The translations under genes were made by a program, and so were the position numbers. A stretch of DNA of 63,327 nucleotides, the filler included, from Intoshia linei (Eukaryota; Animalia; Orthonectida), in NCBI GenBank assembly GCA_001642005.1. It is 6 parts of 6 records of this genome, joined end to end, with 100 filler letters (N's around TTAATTAATTAA, not from the genome) between each part and the next. Parts side by side here need not be neighbours in the genome. Positions count along the whole stretch, not along the records: positions 1 to 14,734 come from LWCA01000941.1; positions 14,835 to 22,630 come from LWCA01001515.1; positions 22,731 to 51,580 come from LWCA01000398.1; 3 more parts are not named here. One strand, given 5' to 3'. Every line of letters starts with the position of its first letter. Positions within the stretch are counted from its first letter, which is position 1. Positions 11,297-25,199 of this stretch are shown one piece after another. The notes below the pieces were generated by a model. It searched no databases. It was not told the origin of the DNA and worked only from the letters and a program-made list of their open reading frames with translations.

Positions 11297-13368
11297 GGAT
11301 GAAATATTGCAATGCAAACTTTTATAAGATTCGCTATGGATAATTAGATACAGCTCTTACTTAATAAATAATCAGTGAAGAGAAGAAGAGGAGAAGCAGT
11401 GATGGAAGGTAAGGTTTATGATATCATAAAAGATGAAGATATGTTTAAAGAGGCCGTCAATTTCACTGAATTGGAAATTCAAATAATGTTTACCGGCTTA
11501 AAAGGTATATAATTTTCAGAAATAAAAATAACATGAACCCAAGATATTTGTCGAAATAATGATTATTTTTGGATGTGCTCTTCTTTATAAAAGAAGAAGA
11601 CCAAAAAGGAAGGTCAACGGATTTGGATTCCTTATTATTACTTTTATATTGGATGAAGAATGGCCTTAAATATAAAGTAATAGCTCTAACATTTAGAATG
11701 AGGTACGCATCAACTGTTCAAAAGGTCATAGAATATATGCGCCAACCTCTGTACGATTATCTTACGCTCTGTTCTCTCAATCTGCTGCTGTAGGGGGTGA
11801 TCATGATTATAAAATATTTAAAAATAATTATAAAACATACCTGGATTATTTAAAAAAAACAGATGTTGAAAGAATGCCCGATGATAATGACAATAGATGG
11901 GCGTTGTTGATGGACGCTGGGTATTTGAGACCAGAAAGCGACACACCGGGGATACGCAAAATGGAAATGAAACGTCCTACATCTCTGGTAAATAACATTG
12001 AAAAAGATGAAGAAAAACAGTTGAGACAAATGCGTGGCTGCGTTGAAAGGTTCTTCGGTCGATTAAAGAAATCATTTCAACTATTCAGTGGAATATATTC
12101 GTATGATAACACACATTTTAACATTGATTTTGACATATCTCTAATATTGACAAACGAATTGATAGAAAAAAATGGTCTTAACGAGAGTGATAGACTTTAC
12201 GAATTAAAATTATATAAAGATAAAATTAATCAACACACTGAACGTTTACTAAAAAGAAAGAGAGAAAATTATATGTACTACCGGCGTTCACAGGCTAGGT
12301 TAGATATTTCTACTGCCTCAATAGATTTAATTGTAAAATTAAAATATAATAACAAAAATACAATTATTATTTTGTAATTCCACTCTTTGTATTAATTAAT
12401 TTTTTTTTATAGCAATATTAATTTCATGTACTTTCATCCTTTGCTATTTTCAATTTGATCCATATATGTATAGGTATTGGGCCAGGGTAATACTTTTAAT
12501 TGAATATCTTTAAAAAGACTTAACTGATCGTGCTGTGTGACAGATAGCCAAATTTTAATACATAAGGATCCTCTTACGGCCACATCAATTCGATCTGTTG
12601 AACTCAAAATAATGTGTGAGTGTATGATCTTAAAAAAAATTAAATTATAGTTACAAACCTAAAAAACTTGAATCCCGCAAAAAACCAAATTTTAAGTACG
12701 TGTAGTATATAGTTTTTTCTATTATGCATTTCTCCAAATGAAGAGTTCCCAAACTTGTTTCACTATAGACCGATTGTCAAAAAATGCACTTTTTTATGAT
12801 TACTATTTATGATAAATTCTTATGATTTTAAAAACTAACAGAATGTATGTTTTATAAAATGTTAAGACTTCATTTTTAAGAAAAAGGTTAATTTAGGGTT
12901 TTAAATATGAAGATTTAAGTTTCTGAGGCTGAGGTTTACGCCGATGGTAACGAATTTCAAACGCGTTCCAGAATATATGCTTTTTTAAATTTTAGGGCTG
13001 ATTTTATTTTTATTAAAAAGATAATCGGTTTTTGACCTTAAAGAACTTAATTTTGGAAAATAAAATTTGCAATGCTGCATCATTATTGAAAAACTGTATT
13101 AGTAAAAAGCGAATAGCGAAAAAAAATTGAGAATGTCTGCTGTAAATCACAATGATATAATTAAGATCGTGTGATATGCAATAATATCTTACGATATCTA
13201 ATTTAGCTACTCCATATTAAGTAAGTCACTGGTAACGGCATCCTGCTAGCACTTTAAATACAAAGACAGACACTTATTCTAAATAACTGAACTTCATTAT
13301 ATTCCAGGTATCTATATCTTATCATGCATAGCGAATCTTATACAGGTTTGCATTGCAATATTTGATCC
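11297..13368 (+). mobile_element. PIF/Harbinger-ISL2EU-type DNA transposon, defective
   Basis: ~55-bp imperfect TIR (GGATGAAATATTGCAATGCAAAC... / ...GTTTGCATTGCAATATTTGATCC); AAT on both flanks; DDE_Tnp_4-like coding inside. Confidence 0.8.
11402..12377 (+). pseudogene. DDE_Tnp_4-type transposase, disrupted
   Basis: HTH part LLLLLYWMKNG...IALTF...STV; GGDHD; LLMDAGY; RGCVERFFGRLKKSF; frame breaks, and the first catalytic Asp segment is not found. Confidence 0.8.
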
Positions 13369-14454
13369 AATGTATTAATATTAACTGTCGAACATAATCA
13401 ATAACAACATCAGTAAATGGTAAAAGTGAACATATAAGCTGTATTTGATAAGATTCACTTAAAATTTAAAAATATAAAATAGTTTTTCTAGCACCCACTA
13501 CCATTAATTATAGCACCCTGATTAAGAAACTCTACTCTAAATGGTTCTATTTTGAAGATGTGTGATATTTATTATGCTACACTATGCTATAGTGTACATC
13601 AGGTGTCGGAAACCTTTTGCATCTCGAATACACATAAGGTATTTCAATTTTAACTGAAGAGAAACGTTTCTAGTATGTTCAACAAAATAAAATCCGGGAC
13701 AATCTGAAAATTCAGTATTAAAATTATTATAATGAGCCAGTTATAGTAGGAAATGTTTAAAACGGTGTTCTAAAGTTGAATAATTTAAAAATAAATAATT
13801 TACATATTTACTCAAAGGGTCACCAAAATTATTTTGTGGACCACTATTGGTTGCCGTATTTATATTGTACAATGTACAATGGTAGCTAAATATAATTAAC
13901 TAACTTTTTCAGTTCCAGTCTTATTATCAACATCTTCAATTTTAGATGTATTTTGATCAAATATATAATCATAAACTAAATTGCTAGCATCTCTCGCGTA
14001 CCAATAGACCATTGAAACATAACCTAAATTTATTATTAATAGTTCAGGGACATTCAAACCGTGTCAACCGTCGCGACTTATAAATTATAATAATTATTAT
14101 ATATTATAATATACAATTGTATTAGATATACTTTAATTTAAGGAGGACGTTTTAGGTACATTAGTTTTTCTCTAATGGTGCACCCTGAAAATTTTTTTTG
14201 TATCATAACAACTTTTATTCTTAAATTTGCACCTTTTTCTTGAAAAATGTTATACTACACAGTGTTTCCCAACCGTGGGACCTGGAAAATATTACGAATT
14301 TATAGGATTATGAAAACTTTAAATTAATTTATTATTATTAGATGTTTATATAAAAAACATTTTATCCATTAATTATAGTCTTTCCTTTTGGTTAAATAAA
14401 TCCTATGTTCAGAATTTACAAGAAAAATATTAAATCAATTTAAAAAGAGAATAT

Positions 14455-14734
14455 TCTTAAAACCAACCATTTTTACTTAAATCCAACTATTTTTACTAAA
14501 AATCTAAATTTACCAACCTTTAAGGGAAAAACCCACTTTTAAAAGCCTTTTAATCAAAATCCCAATTTTACCAACTCTAAAAAGAAAAATTCGGTTTTAA
14601 AAACCATTTAGGGAAAATTCCAGATTTACCAACCTTTAAGGGAAAAATCCACTTTTACAAACCGCTAAGGAAAAATTCCAATTTTACCAACCCTTATGGG
14701 AAAACCCACTTTTACCAACCTTTAATGGAAAAAT
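14455..14734 (+). repeat. ~30-bp minisatellite array (approx. TTTTACCAACCTTTAAGGGAAAAATCCCAA)
   Basis: About 8 degenerate tandem units running into the gap; hAT-like end CAGTGTTTCCCAAC upstream near 14260. Confidence 0.85.
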
Positions 14735-14834
14735 NNNNNNNNNNNNNNNNNNNNNNNNNNNNNNNNNNNNNNNNNNNNTTAATTAATTAANNNNNNNNNN
14801 NNNNNNNNNNNNNNNNNNNNNNNNNNNNNNNNNN
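14735..14834. other. Artificial scaffold gap linker (also 22631-22730, 51581-51680, 55820-55919, 61992-62091)
   Basis: Identical N44-TTAATTAATTAA-N44 five times; puts stops in all six frames. Confidence 0.97.
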
Positions 14835-15815
14835 TGCGACTTGTGAACTATGACTATCCAAGATAGATGTATTGGAGTCACTCTCATTTGAAGGGTTAGT
14901 AATTCTATTATTATCTAAATCTGTTGGCAAGTATACATTAGGCGATGACTCTATTATGAAAGGAGGATTTTCGATTTCAGCCTCTACATTAGGAAAGTAA
15001 GATAAAGCTTTTGGTACGTATTGTTTTTGCAACTTGTGAGAGATTGGTTCATTTTTTCTATAAAATTGAGAGTGAAATGTAGGTTTTTTGGGAACTTATT
15101 TATCAAAATTCCGTTTAACTCTTCTTTGATTTTAGGTTTATGGATAGCCATTTTTTTCTTCATGTTTGATTTAGATAAAGGATACATAGATTCAGGAATG
15201 TAAGGAGAACAAATTCTTCTACCAAATACGATTTCTGAAGGAGAAATGTTATTCTTTTCAGTAGGCATATTGCGAATATCTATGAGAAGTTGTGGCATAA
15301 TTAAATCCCAATTATCTCTGTCTTTATTACCCAAAATCCGAATTTTATCTTTGATTGTTCTATTCATACGCTCTACTAGCCGACTCCTTCATGATGATAA
15401 GCTGATGAATGCGTTTTACCAATAACAAGTTTTGAATATAACTGAGATATTATTTTCGATTCAAATTGAGATCCCATATCTGTGTGAATTTGATTAGGCA
15501 CTCCAAATCTAGCCACTATATCATGTAGAATATGATGTACCACTATATCTGAACTAAGATTTTCTATTGGAAAAATTTCGGGCCATCTCAAATGGTGATC
15601 AACCATTACTAACAAATATCTGTTACCATTATTTGTAATCGGTAGCGGACCTGCGAAGTCTAATTGCCATAACTCGTTAAATTTGTGTGTAATTACTTGT
15701 TTAAGAGGGTAATTGTGGATACGTCTACCCGTTTTAAATGTGTTACATTTTTCACATGATCGAATAAATTCTTTAACGCGTGATTCCAAACCTTTACAAT
15801 AGAAATCCCTTCGAA
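14835..15815 (-). mobile_element. Ty3/Gypsy integrase remnant
   Basis: FIRSCEKC zinc-binding part, WQLDFAGPLP, IHTDMGSQF, AYHHEG..ERMNRTIK, SPSEIVFGR; frameshift near 15376. Confidence 0.9.
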
Positions 15816-16407
15816 TAGATATTTATATATATAATAAACGACTTATTTATATAAAAGTTCGTTCACACACCTACTGTATATAGTTTGTTAAATAAAATAA
15901 ATCTTGAAAATGATTATTACTTTTTTTACTCAATTGTAAACAATACTGTTACTGTGATTGCTATACATTTTATTTTATGACTTAAAACATATTATTAAAG
16001 CTGGTAGAACAATAATGAATATCGTGGACTTATCAAATTTTTATTTCTTTCACAGTGAATTTTTTATGTATCTTCAATGTTCCTGTTTAAGGTTGGAATG
16101 TGTATATCGAAAAATGTTGTATTTAATTTTATTCAACAAAATATAAAAATCAAGAAAATAAGTTCATTTTTCCATATGTTATAAAACTTGAGTGGCCCGA
16201 TTCAATCGTGATTTTAAAAAAAATTGTTTCTCAATTAAGTGTTTTTATACAAAACTACACAAAATTTCCCCTAAACATATTATTAGTTTAGTACCATGAA
16301 ACACCCTAATATCCATACAATGTATATTAATTATGTACATTTTAAAATGTATGCTCTTTAATGTGTATATTTATAAAAATGTAATGTATATAATTTCTTC
16401 AATATAG

Positions 16408-19400
16408 TTTAATGATAAAATTAACGAATGCAATTGCAATGTTGAACAAATTAACAATTTCAACTCAATGATACACCCATTACTACACGAAATTATGCAA
16501 ACAGATTTTTTTAGATATTTTAACGTAATTTTTTTAAATTATTTAACATTTCTCAATATAGCGGTTTTCTATATAGTAACAACTATTATAAAACGATTGC
16601 TTCGGTTTGAGGTTCACCGACTAAAAAATTGTGATGAATGTGCATGTTTGAGTCTTTTACTTGTATATTTAATTATTTTAGCTAAATATATCCACAAAAT
16701 GTCCATTTTGGAACGACGACAGTGTTTGTTATAAAGAAGATTGTTCTATTATAGCGTGTCAAGATGTATTAATTACAAAAGGCTGGTCCAAGCAAGTTGG
16801 TTTTAGGTTCAAAGAATTTAATTTGAAATTTGATACCGCTATTTGGACCATTCTGTTTTAAAATAACTATTGTTAATTTTAGTACATTTATTAATTTTTA
16901 TACTAGAGTGACTTGCCTGAGTATATAAAGAATGAAAATAGCGACCCTCATGAATCTGTCGATCATTCTTGCGAAATGGGGCAAATCAACAACATTACCA
17001 GGTTTTTTAATGTATATTGTTATCTATATTATAATCTTAGACAAGGAATGAATGAAGCTTTTCATGATTGGGAAGTATACGATGATAATTTGGTCAATTT
17101 TTGTTATGATAATGGTAATTTTGTGAAAATTATTGTATATTAAAAAATTACACATTGGAAGTAATTAAAAAATGGCGCACAATGATAATAATAAAATATT
17201 AAAAATTGTACATTCGTTAGGTGTTTACTGAAAATAGTTACTACATGTACAGAAATGTATCATAAATGTATGGTACTAAATTTTTCTAGGAAAATCTGCC
17301 AATTTAAGAAAAAATTCGTTTAGGTATAAAAAAATCTAATGTAACTGACTATTTGAGAAATGATATATAGCTTGTTTTCAATTTTTCGCTGGGCACTTAT
17401 AAAATATCCTGATGCACACTATTGCGGCAGGGTACAGCGGTTGAAGATTTATCGTTACACGATTTTTACTTAGCTTAGCTCAATCAAAGACTACTGTATA
17501 CTTAAGTTTAATAATAATAATGAATTAATAATTAAGTTTAATAACTTTGGTTTGAGCTGTCCTTGGCTCAATGAAGTTGACTCATATGACATAATATAAT
17601 CGTTTTTAAAAAAATTAAAGAACAATAATAAATTTTCCGAGGTCGACAGTTTGGAAATGCTGATTTATGCTGATCTAAAGTGTTGTCCAGATAGTAAAAA
17701 CGGTTGAAAAACACTAAAAAAATTTCAAAATACAAATGTAGAACGAAAATCTTGAATAAAGAGTTCAATTATTGTTGTTGTTATTCAGAGTTAGATCATG
17801 ACCAATTTCTTTATTTATTACTTTGACTGTTCAATGAACAGTGTTCCTATTGAAAAAATCAATATACAATAATTATATAATTATAAATTGGCATTCGATT
17901 TATTAGACATCAAATATAATGCGTTAAAATTAAATAAAGTCACATCATATTGTAATTATCCTTTACTTATTTCAAATGGAATGTCTGTGTTACCTAATAT
18001 TTAAAAAATTAACAATCTTAGAATTTAAAAAACTCCATTGTAAAATACAAATTTTTGTAGGGAATGTTTATATCTGTTTTATTTTCCGAATTTGAGTTTT
18101 TCAGGTTCAAAAAGCCAATTTTCACTTTTGTTCAAAAAAAATAAACCCAAAAATTTAATAAAACACAAATTCTTGTGCGCGTTTTAAATCATTAAGCATT
18201 AACATTGTCGTTAATATCAGCTTCAGAAACGCACAATATCATGGTCAAAACCACTAAGTACCCTCTGTTTTAAAAATTAAACGTGTTATAAAATTTTATA
18301 AAACATAAATTCGGGAATAATTTTAAAATAAGCATTATAATAAATCAAAACCGCCAAAAAGTGTATTTTCACCATTAATACCCCAGATTACCTTTTTTTT
18401 AAAAATGAAAATAGTCCCAGAATTTTAAAAAACATTACAGATTATACTGTTATGTATGTTATATTATGTATGTTAATCTCCTCTAGTTAACACACACAAA
18501 AAATTTTAATCGCACAAAGTGATATTCATTCATTTGGTATTATTATTATTTTGATATTCATTTAGTATTCATTTTTTTCTAACTATTTTATTAATACAAA
18601 AAATTTCAAATAATTCATTGTCTTAGAATTAAAAAAGATTAGTCTTATACAGCTTATTCTATTTAATATAGATACAAAATTTCAACCCCAGAAATTTACG
18701 CATTCCCTTGAAAAATAACTTTTAATATATTATTAAGTAATATATTTTAAATTTTAAGAAATTAAATTAATTAAAAATGAAATGTATATTTATGCTACAA
18801 TTTCGAAAAAAATGTGAATTGACTGTTAATTGTATAATATACATATAACTTACTATCATATTGAGATTTATTTCAATGTTGGAAGTTCCAACTTGAAACA
18901 TTCACCCAAAATATTTTTAAATATGCTGAATTGTACAATATAAGTTTTTTTCTGGAAATCGCGGAACAATAATAATTCGTCAAGATTTTCGCGATTTCTA
19001 TAGCACAATGACTAATTGGTGTCTGCTAAATTGGAATTTTTTTTAATTAATTTAGAGGAGGGGTGTCTAACCTTTTTTTGATGCTATCGACTTTAAAATG
19101 TTTCAATGAGTGGCGATCAACTATACATTGATTAGAAAAATGTTTCTGATCGGAACATATTTTAAAAAAATCTTCTTGCGGAACCCAATAAAAAATTTTT
19201 AACTAAATATTTTTAGTATGATCGTAGAAAATGTAAAAATTAAAATTCGAAACACTTTCCCTGTATATTTAAAAATTATCGGCAAAACCTAGTTTAATAA
19301 ATAGTGGACTAATCCAAATATTATAGTTTAATGTAGCAAGTTTATTTAATAATATTGCAAGAAAAGGGATGAAGTAAGTAAATTCCGATACCGACTCCAT

Positions 19401-19931
19401 ATAGAATAAAATCCTTTTTAACTATATGTATATACAATTTAATAAAAATTATTATTATTTGTAAATAATTAGAGATGTTTGGGAAATAAATTATTAAAAA
19501 TAAATTTTTTAAAATAGAGATAATTTTAATAACGAGTATTATTAAAGTAAAAAATTAATTCTACTTTTTTAATTTTGACGATCGACTAGAAAATAAAACG
19601 CGGTAGACAGATTGGCATCCCTGGTGTAAAGCAATTCCACTGGAATCGTTTGATACTAGAGGTTGATAAGCCTATTATTCTGAGCTGACTTGAACATTAC
19701 CGATTTAACTAACTATTCTAATATTTACAAATATAAAAATGTATACTTATACAATATAGATTATTAAATATAATATTAATATAAATTATAGATTAATTAT
19801 TTGTATAATATAGGATTTGACAAAAATTCAAAATATTTTGATTTGATAGCGAACCCCGAAAAATTTACTGGATATTCTGGAAAATCAGCTGGACGAATTT
19901 GGATGGCTATTTACAAAGAAAATTGTTTTAG
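16408..19931 (+). CDS. ERO1: ER oxidoreductin Ero1, N-terminal exons; remainder not visible, probably in the 22631 gap
   Basis: Exons ~16408-16524 (ECNCNVEQI...TDFFRYF), 16682-16765 (CPFWNDDSVCYKEDCSI), 16908-17001, 17041-17113, 19814-19931 (DLIANPEKFTGYSG...IWMAIYKENCF). Confidence 0.9.
18375..18820 (+). mobile_element. Degenerate internal Helitron-like fragment in ERO1 intron
   Basis: Shares caaaatttcaaccccagaaat.tacgcattccc and flanking blocks with 21130-21545. Confidence 0.6.
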
Positions 19932-20865
19932 GTAAATTTAATATAAAAATAATTATCCAGACAATTTCATTAGTCCGAACATTGATGAATTTAAGAGGAT
20001 TGTGTACTTTATCAATTACTGAATCTTATTTTTTCAACCTGACAGTGATAAGTTATCACTGATAACTCCGTAAAATATCAGAGTAAAAAGTAAATCTGAT
20101 TTATTTTAATTTTTTATGTGGAAACAATAAATTGTTGCAGATTATCAGTACCAATGATCAAGGGTGGTCGATTTAATCGTATCAGAAACCCTTTGCTGGA
20201 TTATATAACTAGCAAATTTTTTTAAATATATAAAATGTACACCGAATACAATGACGCTTGTGAGACTTAGAAATTTTTAATGCTTAGAACTAAGTACTTG
20301 GAAAAAGGAATTTTTCCTTCATGGTTGTTAAAATTTTGATTTTCTATTTTGTGGTTTAAGAGGTTTTTTCGTAAGGTTTGGTAAAATGGAATTTTTCAAA
20401 AAAATATAGTAAAAGAGAATTTGATTTATCTTAAAACCTTAATTTTTACATAGGGCTTTAAGTGGTATTTTTTATTAAATGTTATTACATTTTATTAATG
20501 GTTGGATAAAAGTGGGATTATTGAAATAATAATTTAGCGGTCGTCTAGCGTTTGGGATAAAATCACAATATGTGGCAACTCTGCAATAATTGTAAGTCAA
20601 ATTGTACTTTACAAAAATAAAATAATTTTTTAATTTTGCTGGTAACACCTTTTCCAATGATGTATAAGGTATCCAGATATATGGATGTCTACTTAAATCC
20701 AACCATTTGTACTTAAATTCAACAATTTTTACTGATAGGTTATACTTTATACTTGTATATTATATTCAACCTTTATAGGGGGGTTTTTAGGAATTTAATT
20801 AACCAAATTTATTAATGATATCGAATAAACTAAATGATCTTCAAAAAATTATAATGATTTAATTA

Positions 20866-22247
20866 TCCTAACTTAGATAATACTACGCTTTATGTATGCT
20901 ACGCGATTTTTGTTTGTGTGTCTGTGTGTGTGTTCAACTTTATTTAAATAACTACCCGTCTTAGAATTTTTTAAGACCACATTTCAATTACAGTTTTTTT
21001 TGGGACGTATATTAAGATAAATTTCAACCTCCCAATTTAACATCTTACGGTTCAAAAACCCCAGTTATCCCTATTTTTGAAAATCAAATGAGTTAGAGAA
21101 TTTAAAAAAATTATATCTTCAGGGCCAAAACTCCAAATTACCCTTCTTTTTTAATGAAAACAGCCCTAGAATTTCAAAAAATTTACAGGTTGTACAGTTG
21201 TATCCTGTTAAAACACACAGAAAATTTCAATCCGAATAAGTGACAACTTCACGGTCAAAAAAACATTTTAGTATTCATATATTTTTTTTCCGAAATATTT
21301 TATTAATAAATTAAATAATATATTATTACATAACAAAAAATATTAAATAATTAACGGTCAGAAAATTAAAATTAATTAAATTATTCTGATTGATATACAA
21401 AATTTCAACCCCAGAAATCTACGCATTCCCGGTGAAAAATAATTTTTAATATATACCAATATATTAACCAATATTTTTCAATTATTTCGATTAAAATCAA
21501 AAATGTAAATATTGATCCTACAATTTCAAAAAAAAATGTGCATTGTACGTCTACACATTTCCAATAAAGACATATGAGCGCAAATCTACATAATTCATTC
21601 CTTCGCAATTTTTAAATTTCAAATTTTCAAAACATTTTTATTAAAACATTCAAATTTAAATAAGAAACGAAACAACGAAACTAAAAAACTTTGTTAATAT
21701 CATTTTTATATTACAATCCTTTGGCAATAATGGTAAAATTCGACTGAAATGTTTATAAAGTGAAGATTCAGTTAATTATTGATACACAATTAGTATTTTT
21801 AAGTATTTATTAAATTGGCTCTGAACATATGACATCATATTGAAAATGACAAAACAGGTTTTTATAATTTTATTTTTTTTTGAAATTTATGCTATTTATG
21901 ACAATTTTTAGGATTGGACTGTTTTTACTTTATTAATTAATATTATAAACATATTCTGTCTAAACAATTAAAAAATGAGATAACAATTGTTTTTAAAATT
22001 CTTTACGTAAATGTTAACAAACAAAAAATTAAGATGGAATAATTCACTTTAAAGTAAAAAGTAATGTGATATAAGATGGTTCCACCTGAAACAAATTTAG
22101 GAACCACTCCTTTAAAGGATTGATAATAGTGAATAGTAGGATTTTTAAGTTAGCTTTTCAACATGCATTTATTTTTTTGGTATAATAAAAGGGTGCCCTC
22201 GGCAGAGCTAGGTACTGTTGGTACGTAGTACAAAACTGCCAAGGTAG
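20866..22247 (+). mobile_element. Near full-length non-autonomous Helitron-like element (~1.38 kb)
   Basis: 5' A|TC, (GT)-rich microsatellite, 3' gccctcggcagagctagg + hairpin + GTAG|T (CTAG in other copies); no TIR, no TSD. Confidence 0.8.
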
Positions 22248-23511
22248 TATTACCATAGTGTACCATTGTGTATATATATATACAGTCTAAGTCCATATTA
22301 ACGGAATTTTTGATTTTTCAAAATTGAGCAATTCCGTTATAGTGGAATTTTTTTTTTTAGTAACACTTTACTTAACGGAATTAATTTTTTTTAATTATTA
22401 AATAAAACCTCTTAAAATAGATAATTTTTTTGTTATATTTGGTTGAATGAAAGACCATAAAGTTGTATACATGGGATACGATGTCAAATTTGAAAAATTC
22501 ATTCAATTTTAATTTGTAAAAAAAATTGAAAGCCTTCCATGATAATAAATAAAATATTTATTAAAGCTTAATCGAAATCAATGAACTGTTTAAATCTTTA
22601 TTATATTACAATATCTAATTAATTTTATATNNNNNNNNNNNNNNNNNNNNNNNNNNNNNNNNNNNNNNNNNNNNTTAATTAATTAANNNNNNNNNNNNNN
22701 NNNNNNNNNNNNNNNNNNNNNNNNNNNNNNGCAATTTAACCTTTAATTTTAAGGTGTTACCTACCGTTTCTATAGTTTTAAATTAGTTTAGTTAAATTAG
22801 TTAAAGAATTGGCGAACTATGGAGAGAATACTGTACTTTTAACAGATTTCAATATTATATTTGTCGTATCATATCAGCGTTAATTTTTAAATTACAAAAA
22901 TACATTTGAAACCCTGTGTCGATAAAATGATTGTATAAGAATCTAAAAACAACGCGCTAAGCCTTATCGGCTAAGGTAACTGAATGTATCTACTAGGGTA
23001 TTTAAAACCATTATAATATTAAAAAAATAAAATGTACATTTCATTTGTGATGACTAAAATTTTTAGACCGACGATGACAATGTTTTTATATCAAGTACAT
23101 ATATAATATACTAGGGCTGTCAATTTTAAAAGTTTTTTTAGTTTTTTGAAAAAAGGCAGAGATGACACAACGAGGAATGATGGTGAAACGTAATATTGGG
23201 TATATGTTATGATATCATTAACAATATTTGATTAATACGTAATAGAGTAATTTTTGGTCGCTTGTATATCGCGATCAACCCTGTATAACGTATTAAATGT
23301 TAGATTAACTGTAATAATTGAAATAAACAATTTTCAGTTAATTTCCTACTTTAAATTGCATACTGAAAAGGTTATCATAAAGGTATATTAAATATACTAA
23401 GACATGAAACATTGTTTACATTACACATAAATGCGTAAATAAATTTACATAAATAAATTATTTGTATAATACATAGTTTAGAATAATCAATTTAAACAAG
23501 ACAAAAATAAC

Positions 23512-24624
23512 ATGGAATGCATGTATAAAATGGATAATCAAATATATAAAAGATTTTGCATGCCATATACTCATCTAAAAGAAAACACGCAAATGCAATT
23601 TCTAGCGATGGGTCAACAATCAAGTTATGCAGACAAACTGTATAATTCCGATGAATCCATAGATAATTTCAGTTTGGACACTGATAACTCCGGTAATTAA
23701 ATTTTTTAATTATATTAATGTATACCATCAGATTTGAATTCAAGAAAATTTAGAAAATTAACACTCAATTTTGATGATAATGATCCTCTTATAACCGTCA
23801 TACCAGAGAATTTGGTTGAAAATACACGACAAAATAAAAAATTAAACACAAGTAGTCTTTTTCGAAGTTTTTCGTGCAGTCCTGTCATTCAAAAACAAAA
23901 TGATGTGTCACAATACAAAAATGACGAAATGTTTGAATTTTTTAATTTTTTGGATGATCAGAATATTGACATTGGATATTATTTATTTGATTCTGCACCG
24001 TTAATAGATATTAAATCTGATCACTGCTATGCTACTAAAAATTTGATAAATTCTCTTTCTAAACTAAAGGAAGCCAACCGTGAAAATGTCCAATATAACT
24101 TGTTTTTAAATTCTTTTTGTACCCCACCCCATAAAAACTTGGTCAGAAAGGAAAAATGCAACTTGAAATTATTAGATACATACAAAAACCGTTTCCTGAG
24201 AATCCAAAAATTGGCAATTGACGAATCGAGTCTAATATTTAGATTAATTACCAGCTTAGTACAGAAAGTGTCTTGTGTACGTTCATCTAAAAAAGATATT
24301 TGCAAGAAATATACGAGGAAGGACATCAGCAAAAAGTTAAACATGAGGAGCAGGTTTACAAATATTTACAAAAAACCTCTTCGTCGATATAATTCGTCCT
24401 TATTACCTGCAAATCCTACTGAACTAGAAAATTTTAGCCTTAGACAAAAGTATTTTAGAAAGTGCAACAATGTAAATTATATATCAAGCTATCTAGATAG
24501 CTTCTCTGTACAGGACCAAAATGAAAGTGTACTAAATACAAAACTTTTTAATTTTAAAAAAGGTTACAATCAGTTGGACAAAAACTCTCTTTGTTACAGG
24601 TTGCTTCTAAGGTCCAATAATTAA
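23512..24624 (+). CDS. Hypothetical protein, ~357 aa, two exons
   Basis: 39-nt GT-AG intron 23693-23731 joins the two ORFs in frame; no family recognised. Confidence 0.7.
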
Positions 24625-25199
24625 CCAACCAATTTGTATACAATTTTAATAGAAAATTTACAATTAACACTATTAGATTAATTACACATTTTAATGATAA
24701 TTATAGCATGCATCGTTAATATATTGCAATTTTACAAATAAAAAGTTTTATTTTTTGTTATACACTTTATTTCAAGATTATGACACGTTTTTGTTAGTAT
24801 ACCCCAATCCAATTATACCAAATAATCAGTTCTAACATTAACCCTAAACATGTAGTAAAATTCATATTTTTATGAGCCCATGTATTTGAAAATTGGTTTC
24901 TTACATTGTGCTACCATAATTACGTTTTCTGAGCGCATCAAATTTTAATAAAACAAATGGTGAAAATTAGTACGTAGTACATACAAACAAAGTAAATACC
25001 ATTTTTAAATGGTCTTATCTTGTTAATTATCAGAATTATTAATTTACACTAAATAATATTAATATGTATATTAACAATAATTCATTATTCAATGAATTAT
25101 AAGTTTCTGATATTTGGCGTACATTCATTTTTGAAATATGTAGCACCATAAAGTATATTCCGATTAGGAATTTTGATACACTTTATATATTAATCAATT

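Noticed and set aside
14735-14834. TTAATTAATTAA palindrome repeated five times in the window
   Set aside because: Always embedded in N44 runs; an artificial scaffolding linker
19932-22630. Truncated ERO1 (also ARL8 lacking exon 1 and GANAB lacking its catalytic domain) as gene loss
   Set aside because: Each break lies next to an assembly gap or the window edge, and the visible exons are intact
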